From assembly GCA_043228905.1 (NCBI GenBank), contig JBHGNT010000002.1:16554001-16618000 (forward strand): DNA of 64,000 nucleotides, in the 5' to 3' direction. The stretch's first letter is position 1, and every line of letters begins with the position of its first letter. This DNA comes from Azolla caroliniana (lineage: Eukaryota > Plantae > Polypodiophyta). The notes under the pieces were generated by a model that did not search any database, had not been told where the DNA came from, and saw nothing but the letters and a program-made list of their open reading frames with translations. The translations under genes were made by a program, and so were the position numbers. Of the stretch, positions 37,760 to 51,000 are shown piece by piece.

Positions 37760-39303
37760 AATGGTTTTTGGGTAGAGGCACTACTCACTACTATGTACGT
37801 TATCAATATGTAGGTGAGTAGGCCTCTAGGACTTCAAATTCCGCAGCAGCTTTGGACCAACCAAAGGCCGAATTATGAGAAGTTGCGGATGTTTGGTTGC
37901 GAAACATTCACCCTTGTGCCAAAGCACGATCGCCAAAAGCTTGAGCCATGGTCAAGAAATGTATTTTCCTAGCTCATGGATCAGAAGAAGAATTTGGCTA
38001 CCGACTTTGGGATCCAAAAAACAAACAAGTCATTCGAAGTTCGGACATCATTTTCAATGAGTCGGAGATGCACATGCCGGCCGAAAGAATGATTGAAGTC
38101 AGATGAGCCATATTTTCGAACACCTTGACTCCTCTGGATGACCCAACACAACGTACGAGAATGGCAACACAAAAAGGCACCTCTATGGGACAAACTATGG
38201 CAGCAACTGATACTTCAAAACTAGTTGTCTCGGAGAGACACCTAAGAAGCGAACCAAAGAGTGGATCGGCTACTCAAGAGACGATCATCAACGATGATCC
38301 AGCGAGCCCAGTCGTCCCAAGATGATCTTGACGACTGTCTCAGCCACCAGAAAGATACTCTCCTTGTCTCTTTTTCACGGATATAGGTGAGCTGAAAATC
38401 CTACAAAGAAGCATGACGATATGCTGATTTGGCAACCCGACACATGGCCATCGAGTCTGAGATGAACTCCATTAGCCATAATTAGACTTAAGACCTCATA
38501 GAATTTCCAAAAAATAGACGTGCTCTTTTGTGTACGTGGGTCTATAGACTCAAAGAGATGTTAGATTCAGAAGGTCCCAAGTACAATGCCAGAATAGTTG
38601 TAAAGGGTTTTCAGCAAGAATATGGTGTCGACTTCGACAAAATTTTTACACCAGTGGGGAAAATGAGAACCCTTCGATTCTTACTCAGCATGGTGATAGT
38701 CAAAGATTTACAACTTATTCAATTAGATGTTAAGACGGCCTTCCTCCACATTGACATAGAGGAGGAAATTTACATGGACTTGCGGAAACACTTTGTTGCA
38801 ACCAACCAAGAGCATCTAGTCTGCTGACCCAGAGTCTTTACGGCCTAAAACAGGCACCAAGGCAGTGGTACAAAAATTTCGACGACTTCATCCAGTTTCT
38901 CGACTTCTATAAGGGTGTTGAGGACCACTGCCTCTTCTCGAGGAAAGCTCAAGATGGGTCACCCATCTTCCTCATCCTCTATGTGGATGACATGCTTCTC
39001 TCCGGTCGGGATGCCGAAGATCTTACCGATCTCGTTCGGTAACTATGGTTCAAGTTCACAATGAAAGACTTAGGTTCAGCTAGACACATACTTGGAACGA
39101 AGATTAGTTGGCTTCGAAATCAGGAATAATTATTTTTGTCTCAAGTTGACTACATGAGACGTGTCCTGGAGTGGTTCAACATGAAATTGGCCAAATCTAC
39201 CTCGACCCCACTTCTCATGAGGCTTCGGCTATCTCAACGAGACTGTCCAACATCCAGTTCAAAAGGGGAAGATATGAAGTTGGTACCATATGCTCCGGTA
39301 GTT
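37760..39303 (+). mobile_element. Old copia fragment (integrase end to RT)
   Basis: WVYRLKE, KGFQQEYGVDFDKIF, QLDVKTAFLH, LYVDDML, VPYA; many stops and frameshifts. Confidence 0.8.
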
Positions 39304-40332
39304 TGTTGAGAATCCAGTCCCTCCAAATGGGATGGAGAGTCCGCTAGATCAACCTAAAGCCGATCAACTAAAGAGTTGGATGATAGTCGTCTTGTCCGAA
39401 TCAGAATTTGGATATTGTTCAAGGAGTCGGATCATTAGGAGCCAACTAAGCACTGACTAGGGAGAGACAAACCGAATTAGTCAATAGCAAACTCGGCCAA
39501 GGCCGAAAATCGACTGATTGCCAATACCGCTGAGGCCGACAATTGACCAATAAGCGGTTGAGGCTAATAGCTAAATCGGTCAAAGCCGACTTAGAGCAAT
39601 ATTTGTAAATAGCCTTAATACGCCTATCCTGGGCTATATTTGTAAATAGTCATGTATGTATATGGGTATAAATATAGCTAGGGGAAAAAGTGATAAAAAA
39701 TGAAGTAAGATTATTAGTGATAAAAAAAGGAAGTGAGTCATGTATGTATATGGGTACACGGTTGATTAAGTGTATAGAGAGTGTGTGAGTGTTGTAGCTG
39801 TTTGTAAAATGAAATCGAACTCAAGGTCATTTCCTTAGAGTTTCTTGCACTCTCTTCATATAGTGATTCTGTTTGGAGTCTGTGGGCTCCCGTGGTTTTG
39901 CCCTTTCCGGGTTTTCCACAGTAACATTTTGTCTCGTTGTATGTGCCTTGTCTGTTTTCATATGGTGTTTTAGCTATTGTCTTCTCTCATTTGTACTTGT
40001 GAACTAGTTGTGGCCAACCTCATTTACAACAAACTGGTATCAGAGTGATGGAAGAATCTCTTGGTGGGATGTTCAAGCTAACCGGCTCCAACTACTCAGT
40101 TTGGAAGTTGAAGACGAGACATATGCTCATTTCCAAAGATCTATGTCTGTCGATGCAGATGGGGACGAGAAACTAGCCAAGATCGATGCATCGACATGGG
40201 AAGTCATGCATCTGAAGACAACGACATACATAAGGTGTTTTATAGACATGAGTAGATATACAACAACTTCAATGAAGAGACAAAAGTTGACATCTTATGG
40301 AAGAAGATCGACTTCATGTTCGAGAACAAGAA

Positions 40333-40529
40333 TGTTACGGGCAGGACCATATAATATCCTGTGATAAGATTGTACCATATTATTCTTTACACTCTCATTT
40401 AACCTCACACTTTATCCACGTGTATAGAATACTACGGTACAATCTTACCACAGGATATTATATAGTCACATGTATAGAATACTACGCTACAATCGTACCA
40501 CGAGATATCATATGGCCATGGCCATAACA
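40333..40529. mobile_element. MITE-like element with ~54-bp imperfect terminal inverted repeats
   Basis: TGTTACGG...CCATAACA ends; interrupts copia F gag relative to the homologue near 55510; internal extra copy of the subterminal unit. Confidence 0.7.
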
Positions 40530-41697
40530 AACATGTCATAAACAGAGTCTCCATATTCAGGAAGATCGTGTGACTGAGATATCAGGATGGCTCAAGCATG
40601 GCTGAGCACATGAACTCCTTCCAAGGATTGATAAATTAGACCACCTCTCTAAAAGTACCTTTGGTCGATGAGGTACTCGCACTGCTGATGTTGGGATCCC
40701 ATCTAGATAGTTGGGAGATGCTCATGGTAAACTTGGGTAACGTGGGATCGCAAGGGAAGCGGCTATCCTTGGAGATGGTGAAGTCGAGCTTGTTGAATGA
40801 AGATGCTTGTTGGAAGGACAGAGAGTTCATCTCTGACCCTAAGGCCCTAGGCATAGAAGGTAACTCCAACAAAGAAAGGGGCAAGTAGAGAAGTTTGCAT
40901 AATAGGGAAAGGCCTAGGACAAGGTCAAAGTCGAAGGGAAGACTCATGTGCTTCTACTATGAGAAGCTAAGTCACATTCATAAGAACTGTCAATGTTACC
41001 GGAAGGACAAAGGGGGAGTTGATGGTGGTGAATCGAAAAAGATTTCGGACAACAAGACCACGTCCTTCATCACCGCGAGTGAGCAGGAGCTACAATTCAT
41101 CAATGAACAGAAGGATGTAAACCGCGTTGGTGAAGAATCGACATGGGTGGTCTATTCCGGTGCATCATTTCACTTGACCCCCAATAGAGAGAGCTTTCAT
41201 CCTACACGACTGGCAATTATGGCTACATAAAGATGGGAAATGACAATGCATGCAAGATTATGGGAATCCGCAATGTTCAAGGATGTACGCCATGTAGTGG
41301 ATATTAGAATGAATCTTATATCAGTTGGACGACTCAACGACAAACGCTATTGTGGTAGTTTTTGAAATAGAAGTTGGAAATTCTATAGAGGCAATCTGAT
41401 CGTGGCTGGGCCAAGAAGCAAAATACATTGTATATATTGTATCCATGGCGGAGCCCGAGCGAGGTAAATGTGCTCGCCGACATAGCCGGCAAGCTGTGGC
41501 ATAAGAGGCTATGCCACATGAGTCAAACGAGCATGTAGATGCTAGCTGAAAGAGAACTCCTACTGTAGATGAAAGACGTGCATTTGAACAAATGCGCTGA
41601 CTACCTGGCCGATAAACAAAATAGGGTCTTCTTTCGACCAAGGCCTTTGATGCAGAGGAAAGTTGTTTTGAAAATTGTTCACACCAATGTATGTTAT

Positions 41698-42102
41698 TGT
41701 AAAAAGGAGTAGTACGTGTATGGAAGCGTAACAGACACAACCAGGTAACACAAATGGACACAAGAAGGTTTAATGGAGAGCTTAAACAACACAATGTATA
41801 TCGGAGAGACAGAGAGAGAGAGAGAACACAAAACTTAGATTCAAAATGACAACACTCTGTACATAAGATGTCCTCAGAGAGCACGTTTATACAAGTCCAT
41901 ACGGAATGACAGAAGTACTGACACGTATTTCAATGCTCATCAATAAGCCTCCTACACTAACTCCCAAAATTATTCCTTCGAGGAATAACTCTCTAACGGC
42001 CTCTCGGTTTACGCACCGGTACGACCTTTCATTGTGCGCACGGTTTACGCATCCAGTCTATGCACGGGTTTACGCACCCAATGTTGAGCTTTAATCTCAA
42101 CA
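41698..42102 (-). mobile_element. Solo copia LTR (family of 25850-26256)
   Basis: Reverse-complement homology; TG...CA ends; degenerate TSD GTTAT/ACTAT. Confidence 0.85.
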
Positions 42103-42462
42103 ACTATGTAGATGCAAGATCTCATTCCGGTGGAAAATACTTTGTAACCTTCATTAATGATTACAATCATAAGTTGTCGCCTTACGTGTTGAAGACGAAG
42201 GTTAAGTATTGAGCATGTTGAAGGAGTTCCAAGCCCGGACAGATGCTAAAAGTTGTCTGAACAAACAATGGAGGAGAGTATCAAGGGCAGCTCAAATAAT
42301 ATGGTCGGTCACAAGGTATTCGGCTAGAGTATACAATACCGAAGGCGCCGGATCTAAACGTCCTAGCCAAAAGGATGAACCAGACCATCATTGAAAGTGT
42401 CTGATGTATGTTGGCACATGTGAAGTTGACGAACATATATTGGGTTGAGGCATTGATGACGG

Positions 42463-43122
42463 TGTCGTGTGGTTCTTCACTCACGATATGAAAATTAATT
42501 AAATAATTATTTTAGATTAGCTTCATGGCTTGCTATGAAAAGATGGATGTCTTCAAGAGCTTCCAAACGCATTTTACTACATGTGAAACAGACAACTAAG
42601 TATCAAGTTATGTGAGTATGAAGTTTGAGAAGATGAGGAAAACAGAATTGTTAGATATCCCACATAAATAGGATAACATCGGATCCAGTAGTATATAAGC
42701 ATAATACCCAGAACCTATTACTTCATGTATGTGTGTTCGGAGTACAGAATAGTTGGAGTGATTTGGGCCGAACTATCCGAACGGACTGATGCGACTGAAC
42801 TTCTCAAACGAACAATGTGGATTGATTTTGAGCAGTTTGTAACACGCGGAAAGGTTAGATCGGTTGGGACGGTCGGGACAGTCATGACACGAGGATCAGG
42901 CGTGAAGACCATATGGATAATGCACAGGTTGAATTGTATGGTTGCAAGCAACTAAAGTAAAGATCATGTGTGGACCATAGTTCTAGCCATATGTCCCATT
43001 TGTGCCATACTCATACGCCAATATTCGTATCATACTCATATGTGAAAAGGCTCCGAGTATGATTGAAATCCATACGCGGTACATAGATATAATCATATAT
43101 ACATATGGTGTACATACTACAT

Positions 43123-43178
<56 letters not shown>

Positions 43179-44033
43179 TGTGTGGTCTAGAAAGAGAAGC
43201 ACTGTTTTGCATGTGTGAGGAGACAGTGGTAGAGAGAGATGATCTGTCAGTTCTCGTGTGAGAGAGAGGGTGTGTGTGTGTGTGTGTCAAAGTCAAACGT
43301 CACTTCTGTTCGCAATGAATTATGAATATAAAAAAAAAAACTAAAAAAAACTAAAAGGAAAAAAAAAAATCCAAACGAATGTTGCGTATCATACGCGAAC
43401 GTATGCAAACGTTCACGTATGTCCACCAAATTGGACGTACGTGAATATTAGGAACTATGGTGTGGGCGCATGCATCTGAACTTAGAGGCCAAACAACTAA
43501 AGTAAAGGGCATGTGTGGACGCATGTATCTAAACGTAGAGTGCATAAAACTTTCGTTAAAAGACAATGCATGATAAAAGAAGAAGAAGAAGAAGTTATTC
43601 ATGCACATCTCACATGCATGAACGCTATTATTAGAAGAAAAAGCATGAAATCTATAGTTAGAAAAAGCATGGATTGCTATGTGCTAAGCCTCTCCCCTCA
43701 CTATATAAGGACGGAAAGCACAATGTAATAGGGGGGTAATTTTCTCCTTAAGATTTTGGAAGCTATCTCTCGCATAAACCCTAATTTTCCTTACGGAATC
43801 CATATCTCTCAAAAGACCTAATTTTTCTTATCTATTAATCTCTTTAAACCTAAACTTCTGTAATCCCAATCTTGCAATAGATTGTAAAATTTATTTTCCT
43901 TTGCTAATGAAATTTATTAAACTTTCTCATTTCCGTTAATTCCTTAATACAAATGCACGAATTTATTATCCTCTGGTTGGAGGCCATGAGGTCCTGCCTC
44001 AAGTTCACGTATCTTTGTCGTATTTTCGCGACA
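42463..44033 (+). mobile_element. Large solo gypsy-type LTR containing a (TG)n(AG)n microsatellite at ~43123-43176
   Basis: TGTCG...CGACA ends; flanks ACGG/ATGG; TATA region (GAAAAAGCATGGAT...CACTATATAAGGA...CACAATGTAATAGGGGG) shared with the LTR starting at 62685. Confidence 0.75.
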
Positions 44034-45124
44034 ATGGTCATCTACATTATAAACAGGTCTCGCTCGGTATCACTAGAAGGTGTCCTACCACAAAGGGTGT
44101 GGTCCGACAAATTTGTGTCATATCGACATCTGAGGGTATTCAGTTGCCTGGCCTATGTGCATGTAGCTAAGGACTAGATAGAGGGGGAACTTGATCCCAA
44201 GAGCCGACCGTGTCTATTTCTTGGCTATTGTGAAGACAAATTCGGCAATCAAATGTGGGACCTAGTCGACAAGAAGGTGATTTCGGAGTCAAAATATCAT
44301 CCCTATGGAAGAAAAGGTGATTTCCGACTGGGAGATGGAGAAGAGTAGGTTGGGCTCCCGATTGACCAACTATAGGCTTCCAGATACTACAACCAAATAT
44401 AGCTTACCCGATTCGATTTGAGTTCATAGTCAACCGAATCGGACATCAGTCAGTCCAACCGAAGTAAGATATGAACTAGTCAGTCGAGTAGATAATCTAC
44501 AAAGTCAAAAGCTAACTAAGGAACATTGGGGGTCAGCCAAGACAATATTTCTTACAAGCAGACAAGGAGAGCCGGTCAGAAGAAGACCGTCGGCTGAATG
44601 AGGATCCGAATCCCATTCGGATGAAGAGTTGGCTGACAAGGTTGAACAGGAATCGTATGCTTCAAATGGAGGTAGAAGATACCATTTGAGGAATAGAACG
44701 CCGCCCGATGATTTCCAGATAGACAGTATGTATTGTTGACCGATGAAGGGGAGTCGGAAAGCTTCAAGGAAGCTAACAAAGATATCCACAACCACACGAA
44801 CCACACATTGAATTCCATGCAAGATGAGATGAGTTACTTGCACAAGAACCACACGTACAAATTGACAGAGTTGCCAAAAGGGAAAAGGGCACTCTAGAAC
44901 AAGTGGGTTTACAAACTAAAGTTCGGAGAAGGCGGGAATCCACCCAGATACAAAGCCCGAATCACTGTGAAAGGCTTTCAACAGAAAAAGGGTGTTGATT
45001 TTGATGAAATATTTGCCTTACTAGTGAAGATGACATCCATATAGACGGTGTTGAGCATTTTGGCCAACATGGGCTTAGAAGTCGAACAACTTGATGTCAA
45101 AACAGCTTTACTGGATGGAGATTT

Positions 45125-45957
45125 TGACGGGAACTGGACGTTCCTTATGTCCAACACTCGGCCACAACCGAGATTCTTTTCATACACAGAAAAACGGGAA
45201 ATAAAACACGATACAAACGAGAGGAAGATACACACACACTACATAGGAGGTTTACGTGGAAAACCCCAAACTAGGGGAAAAAACCACGGCAGCCCACAAG
45301 CTGCAAACTGTCACTATGTATGAATGTACAAAACAATGAGTTCTCAGAGGCAACGAACTCAGACTCACGGTCTTCGCCACAGGCGGCGGTTACAACAGAG
45401 GCAACAACCTCTTTCTCTCTCTCTCTCTCTGTACACTATTACGTGCTCACTCTTCTTCTTGCACCAACAAGAAAAGCAACAACAACAAAAAAAAAACAAA
45501 AACAAAAAGTTTGCCCTAAGTCATATTTATACTAATGTGACTTTTCGGCTATTTACAAATATAGCCACGATGGGCTCTCAGAAACATATTTACGAATATG
45601 TCTCTTCCTCCGGTTCATATCGGGTCTGCACCATCCGGCTCTCCGTAGCCGGGTACTCCTCATCCGGTTCGTACAGGGCCTGCACCATCCGGCTCTCCGT
45701 AGCCGGGTAATCCTCATCCGGTTCGTACCGGGCCTGCACCATCCGGCTCGCCGTAGCCGGGTACTCCTCGTCCGGTTCATACTGGGTCTGCACCATCCGG
45801 CTCTCCGTAGCCGGGTACTCCTCATCCGGTTCATACCGGGCCTGCACCATCCGGCTCTCCGTAGCCGGGTACTCCTCATCCGGTTTCGGCCTCGGCCGAG
45901 TTTGTTCATCATCACTGATCTTCATCCTTCCCATCCGGAGGGACCTGTCTCCCAACA
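45125..45957 (-). mobile_element. Solo copia LTR related to the F/H LTRs
   Basis: TG...CA ends; TSD GATTT (45120-45124 and 45958-45962); splits the copia F RT. Confidence 0.88.
45609..45886. repeat. 54-bp tandem minisatellite (5 units plus a partial unit) inside the solo LTR
   Basis: Unit ~TCCGGTTCATACCGGGCCTGCACCATCCGGCTCTCCGTAGCCGGGTACTCCTCA. Confidence 0.92.
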
Positions 45958-48096
45958 GATTTGGATGAAGAAATCTACATGCAGTAGCCAGAAGGATTTG
46001 AAGAGAAAGGTAAGGAAAACCTAGTATGTGGTTGAGGAAGAGCTTATACGGATTGAAGCAAGCACCCCGACAATGGTACAGGAAATTCGAATCCTTCATG
46101 ACGGAACATGCATTCCACAAACACAAGACAATCATTGTCTTTTTGAAGACGTATGATGGAGGATACTTTCTTATTCTCCTATTATATCTCCTTCAGACTA
46201 GTTGACCATCATGTGTTTGTCTTGTTGGTTCGACTGCTGATTTCTCCCATTGACTTCGACTATTGACTTCTTTCATAGGAGGGATAAATCCCTAATACAT
46301 TGTCTGTTAGGTGCAACCTTATGGTAGACATTGCCACAAGATCAAGCTCTTCCCGATCGTCATTGATCATGTCCAGAAGTCTCTTGGATTAACCACTTAA
46401 TGGCCTTAATTGCCTTGTTTGAAGTTGGTCTTATTCTTCCATAAGGCATATCTAAAGTTGGTCTTTTCTAGTCATAGAGAAATTTCTATGGTAGCTAAAG
46501 TGTAAAGAATTAGATATGTGGGAGAGAAAAGAGAGGAGAGAAGAGAAACACAAGATAAATAGATGAGAAAATGAAGTACTCAATAAGAAGACATCTATTA
46601 ACAAGGAGAATAGTACAAAAATGTAGCATTACAAGGAAGAACAACCGACCCTATATGAAGTAGGAGGGTGCTTTATATAAGGTCACCCTCTGTCCTCATT
46701 AAAAGCACCCACTCTCTCTATAGAGCTATAGAAGCTCATGTGTCGTAGGGAATGTGGAAACTAATTAGTTATGTGTCATAGAATATGATTCTATGACACA
46801 TAATTAATGTGTAGAAAGTAGTGGTGACTTTTGACCTTGAATGCTCATACATTCTCAGGTGTGTTCACACACTAGATTAGGTTGAGCTTGATTCTCAACA
46901 CGCCCTCTCAAGTTCAACTTGGATCGGCTTCTTTCGGCTGATGTCTGCTTTGGATGGTATCCGGTTCTCTCTTGTACTCCCCCTCAATCGTGGCAAGTGA
47001 GGAATCGTCAATCCAAGGTCTAACATGAATTGCCGAAGCTTGTTGGCTCCTAGGGATTTGGTGAAGATGTTGGTTGTTTGAAGATTCGTGGTTATTTGTT
47101 GAAGGTCGACATCTCCAGCCTAAACGCGCTCTCGAATGAAGTGATAGTGCACTTGTATATGCTTCGTGCGTGCGTGGAACATCGGGGTCTGAGCCAGATG
47201 AATACTGCTCATGTTGTCATGATAGTAAAGGGAATTCGGATCCTTGATGGGAACATCTAGATCCTTCAAGATTCTCTTCAGTCGAACGCCTTCACATGTA
47301 GCCATAGCCGTGCCCTTGTATTCAATCTTTGTGCTCAAAAGAGCGACGGTTGGTTGCTTCTTCCTACTCCAGGAGATGGCTCCACATTCGAGAGAGAAGA
47401 CGAATCTTGAGGTCGATCATCGGTCGGCTCTGTAGTCGACCTAGTCGGTATTTGTGTACCCTTCGAGTCGAATTGGCATTGTTGTCTTGTAGAGAATGCC
47501 ACAATCCATTGTGCCACTCATGTATCGTACCACTCGCTTAGCGCAATCCAAGTGAATGTCACGTGCATTTTGCATGAATTGGCTAAGGAGACCAACCAGG
47601 TAGCTGAGCTCAGGTCGAGTGATTGTGAGATAGATGAGGCTACTGATCAATTGTCGATATTGAGTCGACTCACACTCTTTTGTGCAGGACTTGACAACTA
47701 GCTTTAGGTTCCGATCGAGAGGGGTTGCCACCGACTTACACTTAGTCATCCCGAACTTGTATAAAAAGTTAAGGATGTAATGTCGTTGAGAGATCATAAT
47801 GCCGGCTGAAGTCTGAATTACCTTGATGCCAAGGAAGTACTGGAGCTCCTTCACGTCGGTCATGTCGAATTTGTTGGTGAGGAGGAACTTGACCTTGTTT
47901 ATGTTGACTAGATTTTCACCTCCATTGACGAAATCATCTACATATAGGATGAGGACAATCAAGCTTCTAGAATTGCTTCTAAGATAGAGAGAGTTGTCGG
48001 ATTTTGACATTTTGAAGATATTGTGTTATCTTCGGGTGCCAAGCATGTGGTGCTTGCTTAAGGCCATAGAGTGGCTTCTTTAATCGGCATACTACT

Positions 48097-51000
48097 TGTT
48101 ACCCGTTCCTTTGGGTGAACACCTTCGATAGACCTGTGACTATCGGTATCCAAGGGCGTAGTACGTGAAGGCTTGTAAACAAAGGCGTCGTGAGGGAGAA
48201 AATAATCAGAGATAAAACACTAGCGAAATCTTGATAGGCGTGGATGGCGCTGAAATCATAAGTATGAGAAAAAGCATAGATACATGGAGCCAGATGGGCA
48301 CAAATAAGATATATTACTGCAGCACCAAAAGGATTACAGAACACGGCCTACGGCCGGTGACCTTATAGGATTATCTAGTTACGATGGAATATGCTAGTGC
48401 TTCCACCTATATTTTCTACTCTCCCTCTGAGGTACTGGACCTCGTTTAAATAACGTTTCCCTAATACACAACCGAGCCCGTGATACTCGGACTCAGCGTT
48501 CGCTGGCGTTCTTACCTACTCGGTTACACTACCGCCGTTCGCTAATTTCCTAATTTACATTTCTGTCCTCTGGACAACACCTGGCATGCCCGTGGGACAG
48601 GACATTGTCCGTCGGACCCACGATTTACAAAATAATAACAAAGTAACAAAAATTGCCCTTTAGGTGTGATCCTTGTTCTATTCCTCTTCTAAGATGTCGA
48701 GGATGTTTTTGGGGTCTGGGGTGGTGGCAGGGTGGTCTGGTTGTAGCGTTGGTGTGGGGGGTTGAGTTGGGGCCGGGGGTGTTATCTCTTCTCGGGAGTC
48801 CTCCTCCGGTGCGGCTGATTTTGGTGGTGGTTGACCTCTACTTCGACCGGGTCTAGTACCGTGTGGGCATCCTTGGGAGGTCTGTTGGCCGGGGCGAGTT
48901 CCTCTTGTGTCGCGTCCGTGATCTCCTCGTTGGGAGGTTCTTCCTTTTGTTTTGTGGCCGTTGGAGGGCTGGTTGGGATGGCTGCGAGTTGTTCACGTTC
49001 GAGGGCTTCTGCTTCCAGGCGAAACAACATCTGATCGTCATGGAAGTCCTCCAACATTTGCTCGATTGCCGCGGTGTGAGATTTCGCCAAGGAATGATAA
49101 TCCTCGGTTAAATCTGCACAGAGGTTTTGGATGCTGGCTTCGTCCATTTTATAAAAGCCGCGACCCTCCTTCCGTCGGTTCTCGGGGTCAGCGCGTAAAA
49201 TATGCAATTCGGCAGCTTGGGCTGCCCATTCTTCTCCTGCGCGACTTAATGTTTCCTCCACCTTTTTGGTGAGGTGTTGGCGCTGTTTCTCGATCAATAT
49301 CCTAATGCGTGTCTCATCCAAGCCGAGGTTTATCCCCGGTTGGTAGATTATTGGCAATTTGTAACATACGAGGATTCCCGTCCAAGCCGAGGTTTATCGT
49401 TTCCAGTGTTGATGCTTTGACCCCTTGTGAAATGGCGAGCTCGCGTTCGAAAGCATCCCGAGCATGGGGTAGCTCCGCAACTGTGGCTGGATCCGGTTCA
49501 TCTTGGGGCAGTGATTCCTCTGTGACTTCTTCGTCTTTAGGTGGCTCGATGGTTGGTATGGCGTTGATTTCGAAGAGTGGGATGATCGTGGGATGATCCT
49601 CTAGGAAGTCATCGACCTCCTCATCAGCCAAACCGTTGAGCATATGGATCCCCTCCGCGTATAACGGCGAAGCGTTGAGGACCCCGGGGACGTGTTCTTC
49701 CGTGATAATTTGGACCTTTGTCTTGCCTCGTCAGAATGAGATCATGTTGCGTTGCCAATGCTACTTGATATTCGTTGTACGCAACCATGGTCTACCTAGT
49801 AACATTGGGTAGGCGCCTTGTGTCTCCAGTCTTAGCATGACGGCCGAGATGGTGAACATGTGGCCTCCGAGTGTGAAGTCGAGGTGGCGGATTAAACCAA
49901 TGGGGTGAACGGAGCAGGTGTCGGCCATCCGAAGCCAAAAGGGGCACAAATCCCATTGATTTAGGCCGAGGTTGTGACAAGTTGTCTCGCTAATAACGTT
50001 TACGCCGGATCCGCCGGATCCGTGCAAGTCTTGTCCTTTAATGATGATTTTCACGGCTGGGTTCTGAGAATCCATGAGTGGTGGACTTGTGCCTGGTTCG
50101 GTGAGGTGAACCGATGGTGTTACGGGCTTAGTATTGGCCTGGAGTGCAGCCAGGGTGTCCCGAAATCTCGGCATGAGTGGTAACAACTTATGTAGGGGCA
50201 ACGAGATGCGGGAGTTGGTAAGAGCATCCCATAGCTGGTCGTCCTCCGACGACGTGGATGGTACCGAGGTTTGTGGTGCTCCACTAGGCACGTCTCTCAT
50301 GTCAGTTTGCATGTGCACGACATTATTTTTATTGGCCGTGTCGATCCATTCTTTTGCTGCCTGACAGACTTCATCCTGGATTTTCCACTATGTAGTCTGC
50401 GCTTTACTCCGGGTAGTGACGGTTTGAACATCGGCCATGATATTGTTCACTGCAGGTGCCTTGCCACGGTCGGTTGTTGGGCATTCCGTGGTGTAGTGGC
50501 CTGGTTGGTTACATTTAAAACACGTAACGTTGGCCGAGCTGCTGGTGTCCGCTCGGTCTGTGTGTGGAAGCTGTTGCGGTTGATTCCCAGTCTCGTTTGG
50601 TTGTGGTTTGGTCTGAGGTGCGTTGGAGTTGTGTTGGTCATTTTGAGGAGCGTCCCGTCGGCGGTTGTCGTTATGTCTTCTATTGTTGCGTGAGTTGCGG
50701 TTGCCGTTTCGCCGATCATTGCGTGAGTTCTGTCGGTCATATCGGTCATCACGATTGTCATTATATCGATCATAATCATCGTGCCAATCATCGCGATAGC
50801 GATCACGAAGGTGATCACGTCGGTAGTCGTCGTCTCGGCGCCGTCGATCCGGGGATAGCGGTGCTTGTCCTGCCGAGAGTATGTATTTCTTGGCTCGATC
50901 TAGCGGACCGGTGCCGCCGTTGTGCGGTTCAGCATATTATATTCGCACTGCTCGACAGTGTGAGCTCGAGACTGACAGATCGGACACTGTGGTCGGTGGG

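Larger units (their letters stand above)
39304..46190 (+). mobile_element. Copia element F: 5' LTR 39304-40031, iMet PBS at 40035, decayed gag-pol truncated in RT; hosts four insertions
   Basis: TGTTG...CAACA; TGGTATCAGAG; MEESLGGMFKL; homologous throughout to 54647-59852. Confidence 0.85.

Noticed and set aside
45553-46135. Repeat-protein ORFs or a CRISPR-like array
   Set aside because: Head-to-tail 54-bp units with no unique spacers and no cas genes, inside a solo LTR; the ORFs are by-products of the repeat.
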